Source: a bacterium (lineage in GTDB: Bacteria > JADJOY01). From it: a stretch of 64,000 nt of DNA. Shown in pieces: positions 46,766 through 57,024 of the stretch; the stretch's first letter is position 1, and the number at the start of each line of letters is the position of its first letter. The stretch lies in assembly GCA_046331705.1 (NCBI GenBank), contig JAXLQJ010000030.1, forward strand, positions 1 through 64,000. The letters are read 5' to 3'. Under the pieces are notes generated by a model. It worked only from the letters and a program-made list of their open reading frames with translations. It did no database searches and was not told where the DNA came from. Made by a program: the position numbers and the translations under genes.

Positions 46766-49234
46766 ATGCTGAGCGGCCTTCGCGTCCTCGACCTCACCGA
46801 CGAGCGCGGCCACCTCGCCGGCAAGATCCTCGGCGACCTGGGCGCCGACGTCATCAAGATCGAGCCGCCCGGCGGCGATCCGCTGCGGATGCGCGGGCCG
46901 TTCGTGGGTGGCGAGGTCCACCCGGAGGCGAGCGTGCCGTGGCTGGCGGCCAACACCAGCAAGCGCGGCATCGTCCTCGACCTCACGTCCGCCGCCGAGC
47001 GCGACGACTTCCTGGATCTCGTCCGTGCCAGTGACGTGCTCGTGGATTCCTTCCCGCCCGGGACGCTCGAGCGCCTGGGCCTCGGCTTCGCGACGCTCGC
47101 TGCGCGAAACCCCACGCTGATCCAGTGTGCGATCACGCCCTTCGGCTCGAGCGGGCCGCGCGCGACCTGGCGCGCGCACGATCTGGTGATCGTCGGCGCA
47201 GGCGGCAACGCCGGGCTCACCGGCGATCCCGATCGCGCGCCGCTCGTCTGCAGCGCGCCGACCTCGTACCTGCACGCGGCCCCGGAAGCCGTGATCGGGA
47301 TCCTGTTCGCGCTCGCCGCTCGCAGCCGCACCGGACGCGGCGAGCTCGTGGACGTCTCCATGCAGGAATGCCAGCTCGCCACCTTGATCTCGGCGCCCGG
47401 CCAGTTCGCCCTGAGCGGAAAGCTGCGGCAGCGCGCGGGCGCCAGGATCGGCCGCACCCGCGAGATCTGGCGGACCCGGGACGGCTGGATCTCGTTCGGC
47501 CTACGCGGCGGGCCGGCGCGCGCCGCGGGGATCACCGCGCTGGTCGAGCTCATGGCCGAGCACGGGGCGGCGCCCGAGTGGCTGCGTCGCTACGACTGGC
47601 GTTCGTTCGACGCGAACCGGGTCGAGGAGACCGAGCTCGCGTGCCTCGACTCGGTGTTCGCGGCGTTCTTCGCGTCGCGCGCCACGCGCGAGCTCTACGC
47701 GGAAGCGGTGAAGCGCCGCTTGATGCTGGCGCCCTGCCAGGACGCCGCCGCGACGCTCGCCGATCCCCAGCTGCGCGCACGCGGGCTCTTCGTGCCCGTT
47801 TCCACCGGTCCCTTCGGCAAAGGACGAATGGAGGTGCCGGGCACTTTCGCGCAGACGCCCGATCACGCCATCGGCGTGCGCTGTCGGGCGCCGGGGATCG
47901 GCGAGCACGCGTCGTCGGTGTGGGCCGACGTGCGTGCGACGCTCGCATCCCTGCCCGCCGCGCGCGCCGTGCCGGCGGCGGCAGCCACCGCCGCTGCAGC
48001 GAGCGCGGAGCCGAGCGCGCCCGCGCTCTTCGCGGACCTCCGGATCCTGGAGCTTGGCGCGGGCGCCGCCGGACCCGTGGCGTCGCGCTACTTCGCGGAG
48101 CACGGGGCGACGGTGATCCGGATCGAATCGGCGCTGCGCCCCGACTTCATCCGACTGCTCCACGTGAGCGGCGGCGCCACCACCGATCCCGCCGTGCTCG
48201 ATCGCTCGCCGATGTTCGCGCTCCTCAACGCCAGCAAGCAGAGCCTCGCGCTCAACCTCGCCAAGCAGGAGGCGCGCGCGATCGTCGAGCGCCTGGCGAA
48301 GACGGTGGACGTCGTGACCGAGAACTTCACCCCTGGCGTCATGGACAAGTGGGGGCTCGGCGCGCGCGCGCTGTCGCGGATCAACCCGCGGCTGATCGTG
48401 GTGTCGAGCTCGCTGTTCGGGCAAACCGGTCCTCACCGCAACTATCCCGGCTTCGGCGGGCAAGGCGCGGCGCTCGCCGGCTTCAACGCGCTCACCGGCT
48501 GGCCCGATCGTGAGCCGATCGGCCCGTACGCGACGATCACCGATTCGCTCGCACCCCGCTTCATCGCCGCGGCCATCGCCGCGGCGCTCGCCGAGCGCGA
48601 GCGCACCGGTTTCGGCCGGGTGCTCGACGTCTCGCAGGTCGAGGTCGGCGTGTACGCGCTCTCCGAAGCCATCGCCACCGCCAGCGCCACCGGCACCTCA
48701 CCGACGCGGCTGGGAAACCGCAGTCGTGACTTCGCGCCGCACGGCATCTATCCGTGCGCCGGAGACGATCGCTGGATCGCGCTCGCGGTCCGCGACGCGG
48801 CGGGATGGCAGGCGCTCACGACGCTGCTCGGCGATCCAGGGTGGTACCGAAACGAGCGCTTCACGGACATGGCGGCGCGTCTCGCCAACGTCGAGGTCCT
48901 CGATCGCCACCTCGCCGAATGGACCCGCACCCAGGATGCCGCCGAGCTCGCCGCGCGGCTCCAGGGCGCGGGGCTCGAGGCCGCGGTCGTGGCGAGCTGC
49001 TCCGATCTCCTCGCGGATCCGGCGCTCGCGCATCGCCAGCATTTCCAGCGCGTGCGGCACACGGCGCTCGGCGAGCTCGCCGTGGAACGCACGGGCTTTC
49101 GTCTCGCCGGCTCGAAGGCCGGCTTCACGCGCGGTGGGCCTCTCGTCGGCGAGCACAGCCGTGCGATCCTCGCCGCGCTGGGCCTCGCCGACACGGACAT
49201 CGAGCGCCTCACGCGCGAACAGGTGATCGCATGA
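46766..49234 (+). CDS. Two-domain family III CoA transferase (CaiB/BaiF-like)
   Basis: Two repeats: LRVLDL..GADVIKIEPP and LRILEL..GATVIRIE; NFTPG; the second domain has ITDSL. Confidence 0.9.
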   Translation: MLSGLRVLDLTDERGHLAGKILGDLGADVIKIEPPGGDPLRMRGPFVGGEVHPEASVPWLAANTSKRGIVLDLTSAAERDDFLDLVRASDVLVDSFPPGTLERLGLGFATLAARNPTLIQCAITPFGSSGPRATWRAHDLVIVGAGGNAGLTGDPDRAPLVCSAPTSYLHAAPEAVIGILFALAARSRTGRGELVDVSMQECQLATLISAPGQFALSGKLRQRAGARIGRTREIWRTRDGWISFGLRGGPARAAGITALVELMAEHGAAPEWLRRYDWRSFDANRVEETELACLDSVFAAFFASRATRELYAEAVKRRLMLAPCQDAAATLADPQLRARGLFVPVSTGPFGKGRMEVPGTFAQTPDHAIGVRCRAPGIGEHASSVWADVRATLASLPAARAVPAAAATAAAASAEPSAPALFADLRILELGAGAAGPVASRYFAEHGATVIRIESALRPDFIRLLHVSGGATTDPAVLDRSPMFALLNASKQSLALNLAKQEARAIVERLAKTVDVVTENFTPGVMDKWGLGARALSRINPRLIVVSSSLFGQTGPHRNYPGFGGQGAALAGFNALTGWPDREPIGPYATITDSLAPRFIAAAIAAALAERERTGFGRVLDVSQVEVGVYALSEAIATASATGTSPTRLGNRSRDFAPHGIYPCAGDDRWIALAVRDAAGWQALTTLLGDPGWYRNERFTDMAARLANVEVLDRHLAEWTRTQDAAELAARLQGAGLEAAVVASCSDLLADPALAHRQHFQRVRHTALGELAVERTGFRLAGSKAGFTRGGPLVGEHSRAILAALGLADTDIERLTREQVIA

Positions 49235-50700
49235 TCGGGATCTCGGCTTACGGCGCGTACGTGCCGATCACGCGCCTCGCGCTCTCGCTGGCCGCCGGCC
49301 GCGCCGCCAAGGACGGCGAGCCCGAGCGCGCCGTCGCCGCCCACGACGAGGACACGCTCACGATGGCGGTCGCGGCGGCGACGGATTGCCTCGGCGCGCG
49401 CGACCGCGAGGGGATCGACGCGCTCTACCTCGCCACCACCACGTCGCCGTATCGCGAGAAGTCGGGCGCCGCCCTGGTCGCCAAGGCGCTCGACCTGCGG
49501 CGCGACGTGGCGACCGCGGAGCTCGGCGGATGCTTGCGCGCGGGCCTGAGCGCGCTCGCCGCGGCTCGCGACGCGGTGGCGAGCGGCGCGGCGCGACACG
49601 CGCTGGTGATCGCGTCCGACAGCCGACTCGCCGCGCCCCGCTCCGCGCTCGAGCGGGACATGGGTGACGGCGCGGCGGCGTTCGTGGTGAGCGCCACGGA
49701 CGTGCTCGCGACGATCGACGGCCGGCACGCGGTGAGCGACGAGATCGTCGACGTGTGGCGCGCCGAGCACGACGAGTTCGTGCGCTCGTGGGAGGACCGC
49801 TTCGTCACCCAACACGGCTATCACCGCAACGTCGTCGACGCGCTGCGGGGGTTGCTCGCCACGAGCGGCGTGGGCGCCAGCGACCTGGCGCGACTGGCGC
49901 TGGCGGGCCCGGATGGCCGCAGCGCTGCCGCCGCCGCGAAGGCCGTGGGGATCGCCGCCGAGCGCGTCGTGCCCTTGCTCTTCGGCAAGCTCGGCCACAC
50001 CGGCGCCGCGTTCGCGCCCATGCTGCTGGTGCACGCGCTCGAGTCACCGAGCGTGGCGGCGGGCGAGCGCATCGCCTGCGTCGCTCACGGCAGCGGCGCC
50101 GAAGCGATGCTGCTCACCGTGACGCCGGCGCGCGCGCGGCCCGAGCCGCGGCCGCGCCGCGGTCTCACCGGTCACCTGGGACGACGCCGCGCGCTCGCGA
50201 GCTACCAGACCTATCTGACGGCGCGGCAGCTCTCGCCCACCGAGCACGACGCTCGCGGCGGCGGCGGCGTCCCGGCCACGGTCGCCTATCGCGAGCGCGA
50301 CGCCGAGATCGCCCTCCGCGGCTTGCGCTGCACGAGCTGCGGCACGCTGCATTTTCCGCGGCAGCGCGTGTGCCATCGGTGCCACGCGCGCGATCGCTTC
50401 GAGCCCGTGCGGCTCTCCGACCGCCCCGGCCGCGTGCTCTCGTACACGTTCGACTGGTTCTTCCCCAGCGCGGAGCCGCCGACGATCGCGGGCGTGATCG
50501 AGATCGACGGCGCGCGGCTCTACGTCCAGATGACCGACGCGGCGCCCGACGAGCTGCGCTGTGATCTGCCGGTGGAGATGGTGTTCCGCCGCATACACGA
50601 GGCCGGCGGCCGCCCCAACTACTTCTGGAAGAGCACGCCGATCCGCGAGGGGATGGGCCGCGAATCCATGGAGGGCAAGGCCGCGGGAGGTGACCCGTGA
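49231..50700 (+). CDS. HMG-CoA-synthase-like domain fused to DUF35 Zn-ribbon/OB-fold
   Basis: GISAYGAYVP, DEDTLTMAV, GDGAAAF, GHTGAA; C-terminal CTSCG..FPRQRVCHRC. Confidence 0.85.
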   Translation: MIGISAYGAYVPITRLALSLAAGRAAKDGEPERAVAAHDEDTLTMAVAAATDCLGARDREGIDALYLATTTSPYREKSGAALVAKALDLRRDVATAELGGCLRAGLSALAAARDAVASGAARHALVIASDSRLAAPRSALERDMGDGAAAFVVSATDVLATIDGRHAVSDEIVDVWRAEHDEFVRSWEDRFVTQHGYHRNVVDALRGLLATSGVGASDLARLALAGPDGRSAAAAAKAVGIAAERVVPLLFGKLGHTGAAFAPMLLVHALESPSVAAGERIACVAHGSGAEAMLLTVTPARARPEPRPRRGLTGHLGRRRALASYQTYLTARQLSPTEHDARGGGGVPATVAYRERDAEIALRGLRCTSCGTLHFPRQRVCHRCHARDRFEPVRLSDRPGRVLSYTFDWFFPSAEPPTIAGVIEIDGARLYVQMTDAAPDELRCDLPVEMVFRRIHEAGGRPNYFWKSTPIREGMGRESMEGKAAGGDP

Positions 50701-51851
50701 AGGACGCCATCCGCGACAAGGTGGCGGTGGTCGGCGTGGGGTGCTCGGCCTTCGGCGAGCGCTGGGATGCCTCGCCCGAGGACCTGATCGTCGAGGCGGC
50801 GTTCGAGGCGTACGCGGACGCCGGCGTCGACGAGCCCCAGCGCGTCATCGAGGCCGTGTTCTGCGGCGCGGTCTATCCATCGCGCGGCACCGCCGAGGTG
50901 GCCGAGTCGCTCAAGCTCTTCGGCCGTCCGGTTTCGCTGGTGCAGAACTACTGCGCCACGGGAACCGATGCCTTCCGCTTCGGCGTCTTCGCCATCGCGG
51001 CCGGCGTGTACGACACGGTGCTGGTGGTCGGCTTCGACAAGCCCAAGGACCGGGGCGTGTCGGGGCCCAGCGTGAATCTCACGGGCGTGCGCGGGTTGCC
51101 GGCCACGCCGGCGGCGTGGTTCTCGCTCTGCGCCGCGCGTTACTTCGAGACCTACGGTGCTTCCCGCGAGGACCTGGCGCGGATCGCGGTCAAGAATCAC
51201 AAGAACGGCACCCTCGCGCCGAAGTCGATGCTCAAGCGCGAGATCACCGTGGAGGAAGCGCTCGGCGCGCGCATGATCGCGTGGCCGTTCGGCCTCTACG
51301 ATTGCGCCGCCCAGTCCGACGGCGCCGCCGCGGCGATCCTGACGCGTCGCGATCTCGCGCGCTCCTTCCGCGCCGATCCCGTCCTGGTGAAGGCCGTCAC
51401 GATCGCCTTGGCGGCCAATCCGCAGGGCGATCCGGACTTCGATTTCCTGCGCTGGAAGCCCACGGAGCACGCGGCCCGCGACGCCTACGCGCAGGCAGGC
51501 ATCCGCGACCCGCGCCGCGAGATCCAGCTCGCCCAGCTCCACGATTGCTTCACCCTCACCGAGCTGCTCTCGTACGAGGATCTGGGCTTCTGCGAGAAGG
51601 GCTCGGCGAAGGAACACATCCAGTCCGGCACCTTCGCCCTCGGCGGCGAGCTCCCGGTCAACACCGACGGCGGCCTCAAGACCTTCGGCCACCCCACCGG
51701 CGCGACGGGCGTGCGCATGATCTACGAGAACACGCTGCAGCTTCAGGGACGCGCCGGTCCCCGCCAGGTCAAGAACGCCTCCGTCGCGTTGAGCCACAAT
51801 CTGGGCGGCGCTCCCCAGACCTGCGGAATCGCCATCCTCGGCATCGAGTGA
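50697..51851 (+). CDS. Thiolase (SCP-x/archaeal-type acetyl-CoA acetyltransferase)
   Basis: NYCATG, KNHKNG, DCAAQSDGAAA, HDCFT, NTDGGL..GHPTGATG. Confidence 0.9.
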   Translation: MKDAIRDKVAVVGVGCSAFGERWDASPEDLIVEAAFEAYADAGVDEPQRVIEAVFCGAVYPSRGTAEVAESLKLFGRPVSLVQNYCATGTDAFRFGVFAIAAGVYDTVLVVGFDKPKDRGVSGPSVNLTGVRGLPATPAAWFSLCAARYFETYGASREDLARIAVKNHKNGTLAPKSMLKREITVEEALGARMIAWPFGLYDCAAQSDGAAAAILTRRDLARSFRADPVLVKAVTIALAANPQGDPDFDFLRWKPTEHAARDAYAQAGIRDPRREIQLAQLHDCFTLTELLSYEDLGFCEKGSAKEHIQSGTFALGGELPVNTDGGLKTFGHPTGATGVRMIYENTLQLQGRAGPRQVKNASVALSHNLGGAPQTCGIAILGIE

Positions 51852-51905
51852 CGACGCCGGTCCGCGATCCCATGCCACGGGTGCGCCCACTCGAGGAGAT
51901 GTCCC

Positions 51906-52394
51906 ATGTCCGACACCGTTCGTGAAGTGCGCTTCGACGATCTCGACGGCCTGCGCTCGCTGATCTCGGAGGAGTTCGGCCCGTTCGGGAACTCCCTCGA
52001 CGTGACCCAGTCGATGATCGACCAATTCGCCGAGATCACCCTCGACCGGCAATGGATCCACGTGGACGTCGAGCGCGCCAAGCGCGAGAGTCCCTTCGGC
52101 GGCACCATCGCCCACGGCTTCCTGGTGCTGAGCTTGTTGCCGGCGCTGCGGCCGCAGAGCGCATGGAAGGTCGTGGGCTACGCGAGCGCCGTGAACTACG
52201 GCGCCAACTCGCTGCGCTTCGCGTCGCCGGTGCCAGCGGGCTCGAAAGTCCATGCCCGCGGCCGCCTGATGGCCGTCGACGGCAAGGACAAGGGGACGCT
52301 GCTCACGACCGAGACGGCGATCCACGTGGTCGGCAACGATCGCCCCGCGATGGTCTACCAGGGGCTCACCCTCTATCGCCCCGGGCGCGCCTGA
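51906..52394 (+). CDS. MaoC family dehydratase
   Basis: FAEITLDRQWIHVDVERA..PFGGTIAHGFL, NYG..LRF.SPV. Confidence 0.92.
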   Translation: MSDTVREVRFDDLDGLRSLISEEFGPFGNSLDVTQSMIDQFAEITLDRQWIHVDVERAKRESPFGGTIAHGFLVLSLLPALRPQSAWKVVGYASAVNYGANSLRFASPVPAGSKVHARGRLMAVDGKDKGTLLTTETAIHVVGNDRPAMVYQGLTLYRPGRA

Positions 52395-52479
52395 GCACGG
52401 TGGGCGAGCTCGCGTCCCGCGCGGCCGCGATGGCCCGGCTCACGCCGCGGCCTCGGGTATCGCTGCGCTGGATCGTCCC

Positions 52480-54084
52480 ATGATCGATCCGCCCCCGCCG
52501 GGCCGCGCTCGGGCGCGTAGCGGCTCGCCGGGCGGCGTGCCCATGGGCCTCGCGCTGGCGGCGTTCGCGCTGGTGGCCGCGCTCTACTTCCACTGGGGAA
52601 CGAGCGACCGGCTGCTGAGCTTCGGCGGCGACAACGCGACCTATCTGCTCATCGCCCGCGATCTCTCCCCGTTCGGCGCGAGCTCCCCCGGTGCCGCAGG
52701 CTACGCCCGCCAGCACTACTATCCCCCGCTCTATCCGGCCTTCCTGGCGATCACCGGCGCGGCGCACGGGCTGGTCGCGGCGCACGTCGCCACGATCGCG
52801 TCGTTGCTGGCGGGAATCGCGGTGCTCTTCGCGTGGTGCCGCACCCTGGGGCTCACGCGCATGGTCAGCGTCGGGCTCGCGCTCGCATTCGCCGCGGTTC
52901 GCGGCACGTACTTCACCGCCCTCGAGATCGAGAGCGAGCCGCTCTACCTGCTGCTCAGCCTGGCGGCGCTCGCAGCCACCCAGCGCGCGCAGCGCTCGAC
53001 GAGCGGGATCGCGTCCGGCGTCGCGGCGCTGGCGGTGGGCGCGACCACGCTCACGCGCAGCGCTGGCCTGGCACTGCTCGCCGCTCACCTCGTGTGGCTC
53101 GGCCTCCATCGACCGAAGCGGTTTCTCGTCCTCGGCCTGATCGCGCTGGTGCCTGCGATCGTTTGGATGCGCCACGGCGGCAACTCCGACTACACCCGCA
53201 TCCTGGTGGAACGCTATCGCGACGGCGGGGCGGCGGGGATCGTGGACGGGCTTCGTCTTCAGATCTCGTCGCTCGCCCAGGATTGGCTCGGGCTCTTCGC
53301 CCTCGAGCCGGCGACGGTCGTGGTGGTCGTCGTGACCGGCCTCACGGCGCTCGGCCTCGCGGGGGCCGTGATGCGGCTCCGGCGTGGCGAGCTCGACGCG
53401 CTCTACCTCGGCGCCTACCTCGCGCTCATCGTGATCTGGCCCTTCCCCGGCGAGATGGCGCGCTTCCTGGTGGTGGTGCTGCCGATCGCGCTGGTGCACG
53501 CGGCGTGGGCTTTGGAGGCGCTGCTCGCGAAGCTGCCCGACCGCCGCGCCGCGCGCTGGATCGCGCTGGCGTCGGCGATGGCCTTCGCCTCGGTGCTGGT
53601 GCCCCAGATCGCGTTGACGGCCACGCGCTTCCACGCCGGCGCGCGGCCCGAGCTCGCGGGCCTGCGCCGCTCGGCGATGTGGTTCGATCCCGATCGGGTC
53701 GCCGCCGAGAAGATGCTGCGCTTCGCGGCGCGGCTCGAGGATGCGTTGAGACGCGTCCACGACCACGTCCCGGCGGACGCCTGCGTGTTCTCGGTGAAGC
53801 CGTCCTTGGTGGGGCTCTTCGCCGATCGACGCAGCGTCTACACGCCGCCCGCGTCGCTCGACGACGCCGCTTTCCACCGCGAGATCGAGAACGCCGGTTG
53901 CCGCGACTTCTTCCTCATCGCGGCCGATACCCAGAGCGCTGGCCCGCTCTATCCTCGCGAGCGCTTCGATCCGCCGCTCGCCGAGATCGACGTGACGCGG
54001 GTGGGCGACGAGCCGGCGTCCCGCCTGGTCGCGATCCTCGCGCGCCTGCCGGACGCGACGCCGCCGTCGAGCAGCTCGCCGTAG
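52480..54084 (+). CDS. Multi-pass membrane protein, GT-C glycosyltransferase-like
   Basis: GGDNATY, YPPLYPAFLA, ESEPLY, TRSAG, RFLVVVLP pattern; many TM segments. Confidence 0.6.
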   Translation: MIDPPPPGRARARSGSPGGVPMGLALAAFALVAALYFHWGTSDRLLSFGGDNATYLLIARDLSPFGASSPGAAGYARQHYYPPLYPAFLAITGAAHGLVAAHVATIASLLAGIAVLFAWCRTLGLTRMVSVGLALAFAAVRGTYFTALEIESEPLYLLLSLAALAATQRAQRSTSGIASGVAALAVGATTLTRSAGLALLAAHLVWLGLHRPKRFLVLGLIALVPAIVWMRHGGNSDYTRILVERYRDGGAAGIVDGLRLQISSLAQDWLGLFALEPATVVVVVVTGLTALGLAGAVMRLRRGELDALYLGAYLALIVIWPFPGEMARFLVVVLPIALVHAAWALEALLAKLPDRRAARWIALASAMAFASVLVPQIALTATRFHAGARPELAGLRRSAMWFDPDRVAAEKMLRFAARLEDALRRVHDHVPADACVFSVKPSLVGLFADRRSVYTPPASLDDAAFHREIENAGCRDFFLIAADTQSAGPLYPRERFDPPLAEIDVTRVGDEPASRLVAILARLPDATPPSSSSP

Positions 54085-55127
54085 AGACGCAGCAATCCGT
54101 CGGCCTCGGCGACCGGCGAGAAGCGCGCGGTTGCCTCGGCGCGCGCGACGGCGGCTCGCGAGATCGCCGACGCCCGGTCCACGAGGCAGCCCACCACGCC
54201 GTCGGCGAGCGCCGTCACGTCGCCGGCCGGCGCGAGCCAGCCGCTGGTCTCGTGCCGGACGATCTCGGGCACGCCGCCGCCAGCGCTCGCGACCACCGGA
54301 CAGCCGTGCGCCATCGCCTCCAGGATCGCGAGCCCGAACGACTCGGCGTGCGCGGTGTGCAAGAGCACGTCGAAGCCGTCGAGCAACGCCGCGACGTCCG
54401 CGCGATAGCCGAAGAGCCGCAGCCGACCCGCCACACCCCGCTCCCGCGCGCGCCGCAACAGCGCCACACGCGCCCCCGCATCCGTCTCCTCGCCAGCGAT
54501 GACGAGCTCGGCGGCGATGCCGCGACGGCGTAACTGCTCGAGCACGCCCAGCGCATCGTCGAGATGCTTCCCGTGCGAGAGCCGGCTCAGCATGCCGATC
54601 GTGGACGTCGCGCGCGCGGCGCGGTGTACGTCCCATCCATCCTCCAGCGCTGGCGCCGGATAGCCATAGGGGACGACGTGGATCGCTTCCGGCGCGAGGC
54701 CGTAGGCGGCGACGAGCGAGCCGCGGACGAACTGCGAAGCCGCGACGAAGCGCGCGTGCGAGCTCACCCAGCGATGGTACGGATCGCGCCGGCGCCGGGC
54801 GGACGCCGCGAGATGCCGCGTGACGACCACCGGTCGCTGGCCGCGACCGCGCGCGAGCAGCGCCCAGACCAGGTCCCTCGGCTCGTGGACGTGGACGAGC
54901 TCGACGTCGTCGAGCGCCGACGGCGCGATCGGGCCGAGCGCCAGCTCGCGGCACTCGAGACCCGAGCGGGCGGCCTTCACCGCCACCCAGGAGCGAGGAA
55001 GCGTCACCACCACCACGCGTGCGCCGCGGGCCTCCAAGGCTCGGGCCGCGCGCAGCGCCTGGATCTCCGCGCCGCCCAGGCTCCCCGTCCGCAGCAGGAA
55101 CGCGACCCGTCGCGACGGCGCGCTCAC
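53949..55127 (-). CDS. Glycosyltransferase family 4 (LPS core-type)
   Basis: GGAE, ESFGLAILEAMAHGCPVVAS..GGVPEIV; GTGA overlap with the upstream kinase gene. Confidence 0.88.
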   Translation of the reverse strand: MSAPSRRVAFLLRTGSLGGAEIQALRAARALEARGARVVVVTLPRSWVAVKAARSGLECRELALGPIAPSALDDVELVHVHEPRDLVWALLARGRGQRPVVVTRHLAASARRRRDPYHRWVSSHARFVAASQFVRGSLVAAYGLAPEAIHVVPYGYPAPALEDGWDVHRAARATSTIGMLSRLSHGKHLDDALGVLEQLRRRGIAAELVIAGEETDAGARVALLRRARERGVAGRLRLFGYRADVAALLDGFDVLLHTAHAESFGLAILEAMAHGCPVVASAGGGVPEIVRHETSGWLAPAGDVTALADGVVGCLVDRASAISRAAVARAEATARFSPVAEADGLLRLYGELLDGGVASGRRARIATRRDAGSSPTRVTSISASGGSKRSRG

Positions 55128-55960
55128 GACGCGGGGGACGGGTTCGTGGGGCGAAGCCCGGTGAGCGGATCGAGACCGCGCGCGCGCCGGCGTGCGCGGC
55201 GCGCCACGATCGCCGCGTCGAGCTCGCGAACCAGCGCGCGCGCCCACTCGTCGGAACGGCCGAGCGCGCGGGCGTAGGCGTGGACGAAGCGGACGCGATC
55301 GGTACGGAACGGACGATCCGTTTGATCCACGCCGAGCTGCACCAGGTTGCGGATGCGCTCCCGGTGCGACTCCGAGCGGCGGGTGCGCTCGTTGTCGAGG
55401 AAGACGATCCGCCGCGCGTCACGCGTGCAGAGCACGTTGCTGGGGCGCAGATCGCCGTGGACCAAGCCGCCGCCGTGCAGACGCGCGATCGCTCCGCCGA
55501 CGTTGGCGACGATGACTCGTCGCTCGCGCGCACCGAGATCGCCGGTCGCCGCCCAGCGATCGAGCGCCGGCAGCTCCACGGCCTCGGTCACCAAGAGCGA
55601 GCGCGACGGTCCCCAGAAGCCGCGCTCCTCGGCGAGCGCCAGCACGCGCGGCGCCTCGAGGCCGAGCGCCGCGAGGGCCTCGCCGCCGCGCAACGCCCGC
55701 GCCGCGCGGCTCCCGCGCAGGAGCGACTTGAGCGGGTCCCAGGCGGTGCGAGCTCGGAACTCCTTCCAGAAGAACGCGGGCGCCGCCCCCGGGCGCGAGC
55801 GCCACACGCGGGCGCCGCGGCTCGCGTGCACGTCCACCCAGTCGGGGTGGCACCCCCACTCGCCCGCCGCGTCACGAAGCGTCGCGTCCGCGTCGGGGAA
55901 CGCGGTGGGGTCGAATCGCAGCCACAGCCCAGGACGTCGAACGACCGAGGTGAGCGGCAT
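55124..55960 (-). CDS. Lipopolysaccharide kinase (Kdo/WaaP/InaA family)
   Basis: LLVTE, HGDLRPSNVL, FLDNER. Confidence 0.8.
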   Translation of the reverse strand: MPLTSVVRRPGLWLRFDPTAFPDADATLRDAAGEWGCHPDWVDVHASRGARVWRSRPGAAPAFFWKEFRARTAWDPLKSLLRGSRAARALRGGEALAALGLEAPRVLALAEERGFWGPSRSLLVTEAVELPALDRWAATGDLGARERRVIVANVGGAIARLHGGGLVHGDLRPSNVLCTRDARRIVFLDNERTRRSESHRERIRNLVQLGVDQTDRPFRTDRVRFVHAYARALGRSDEWARALVRELDAAIVARRARRRARGLDPLTGLRPTNPSPAS

Positions 55961-55993
55961 GCGGCGGCGATCGCTGGCGTCGACGCGCCCGTG

Positions 55994-56725
55994 TCAGGGA
56001 GGCGTGGGGTTCGAGGGGACCTGGCGCAGCTGCGGCGGCAACCCCTGCTCCCAGAGCTTCGCGTAGAGAATCAGCTCGCGGGCGGCGGCGAGGGTGGCGA
56101 GCACGAACCCCGGTATCCCGTCGCGCAGACCGCCTCGCGCGACCAGCTCGCGCAGCAACACCGCGGGAGGACGCACCAGGAAATCCACGGCGTGGGCGCG
56201 GTGGCCTTGGCTGCTCGACGTCAGCGCCAGCTCGCTGGTCTCGCGGTCGATCCTGGCCAGCCCATCCTCGAGGCTGTGGAAGGGGCGCCAGCGCAGCGCG
56301 CTCTCGAGCAGCGGCGCATCCGTCACGCGTGCGCCCAGCCCGAGGCGCGCGACGCTCGGCGCGGGGTGCTCGCGTCGCACCAGCCGCGCCTCGATCTGCG
56401 GACGGTAGGCACCGCCCACGATGTCGCGGCCGAGGAACCGGACCACGACTCGGACGCGATGCGCCGACACCGCCGGGACGGCCGGTTCCGGGCGCTCCTG
56501 GATCTCGCGCGCCAGCTCCGGCGTGAGCTCCTCGTCGCCGCACAACGCGAGGATCCAGGGGGCGTCCGCGCCGGCGACGAGGCGACACCACTCGCCCTCG
56601 CTCGGCACGTGCGAGTCGCTGTCCAGGTGGCCGGCCCAACCGAGCCGGCCCTCGCGCGCGGCGGCCCGAATCCGCTCCGCCGCACCGGGCTCGCACGGCC
56701 CCACGATCGCGACCGCTGCCTTCAC
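55994..56725 (-). CDS. Glycosyltransferase family 2-like (KdtX/WaaE-like), divergent
   Basis: WILALCGDEELTPELAREI, GLRDGIPGFVLA..YAKLWE. Confidence 0.65.
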   Translation of the reverse strand: MKAAVAIVGPCEPGAAERIRAAAREGRLGWAGHLDSDSHVPSEGEWCRLVAGADAPWILALCGDEELTPELAREIQERPEPAVPAVSAHRVRVVVRFLGRDIVGGAYRPQIEARLVRREHPAPSVARLGLGARVTDAPLLESALRWRPFHSLEDGLARIDRETSELALTSSSQGHRAHAVDFLVRPPAVLLRELVARGGLRDGIPGFVLATLAAARELILYAKLWEQGLPPQLRQVPSNPTPP

Positions 56726-56758
56726 TGGCGTGGGCTCCGGAGGTCGCGCCGCGGCGGC

Positions 56759-56938
56759 TCAGCCGGCTTCGGCGAGCGGCTTCGCCTCGTCGATCATCAT
56801 GATCGGGATGTCGTCCTTGATCTCGTAGACGAGGCGGCACGCCGCGCACACGAGCCCGTCCTCGGCGGCGTTGAGCTTCACCTCTCCCTTGCACTTCGGG
56901 CAGGCGAGGATGTCGAGCAGATCCTGCGGTATGGCCAT
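56759..56938 (-). CDS. Trm112 family protein (59 aa, not in ORF track)
   Basis: MAIPQDLLDILACPKCKG..LVCAACRLVYEIKDDIPIMMIDEA; GGAGGG RBS. Confidence 0.9.
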   Translation of the reverse strand: MAIPQDLLDILACPKCKGEVKLNAAEDGLVCAACRLVYEIKDDIPIMMIDEAKPLAEAG

Positions 56939-57024
56939 CGGTTCCCTCCACGCGGTCGGCAGAGCCTAGCGCGCCGCTCGCGCCATGGCTCGCCGGAATC
57001 GGCGAAACGGCCGTGTGCGCTCGA

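Noticed and set aside
44893-47553. 886-aa minus-strand ORF
   Set aside because: Antisense shadow of the CoA ligase and CoA transferase in high-GC DNA; no motifs.
52366-55533. 1055-aa minus-strand ORF
   Set aside because: Arg/Ala-rich off-frame or antisense shadow of the kinase, GT4 and GT-C-like genes.
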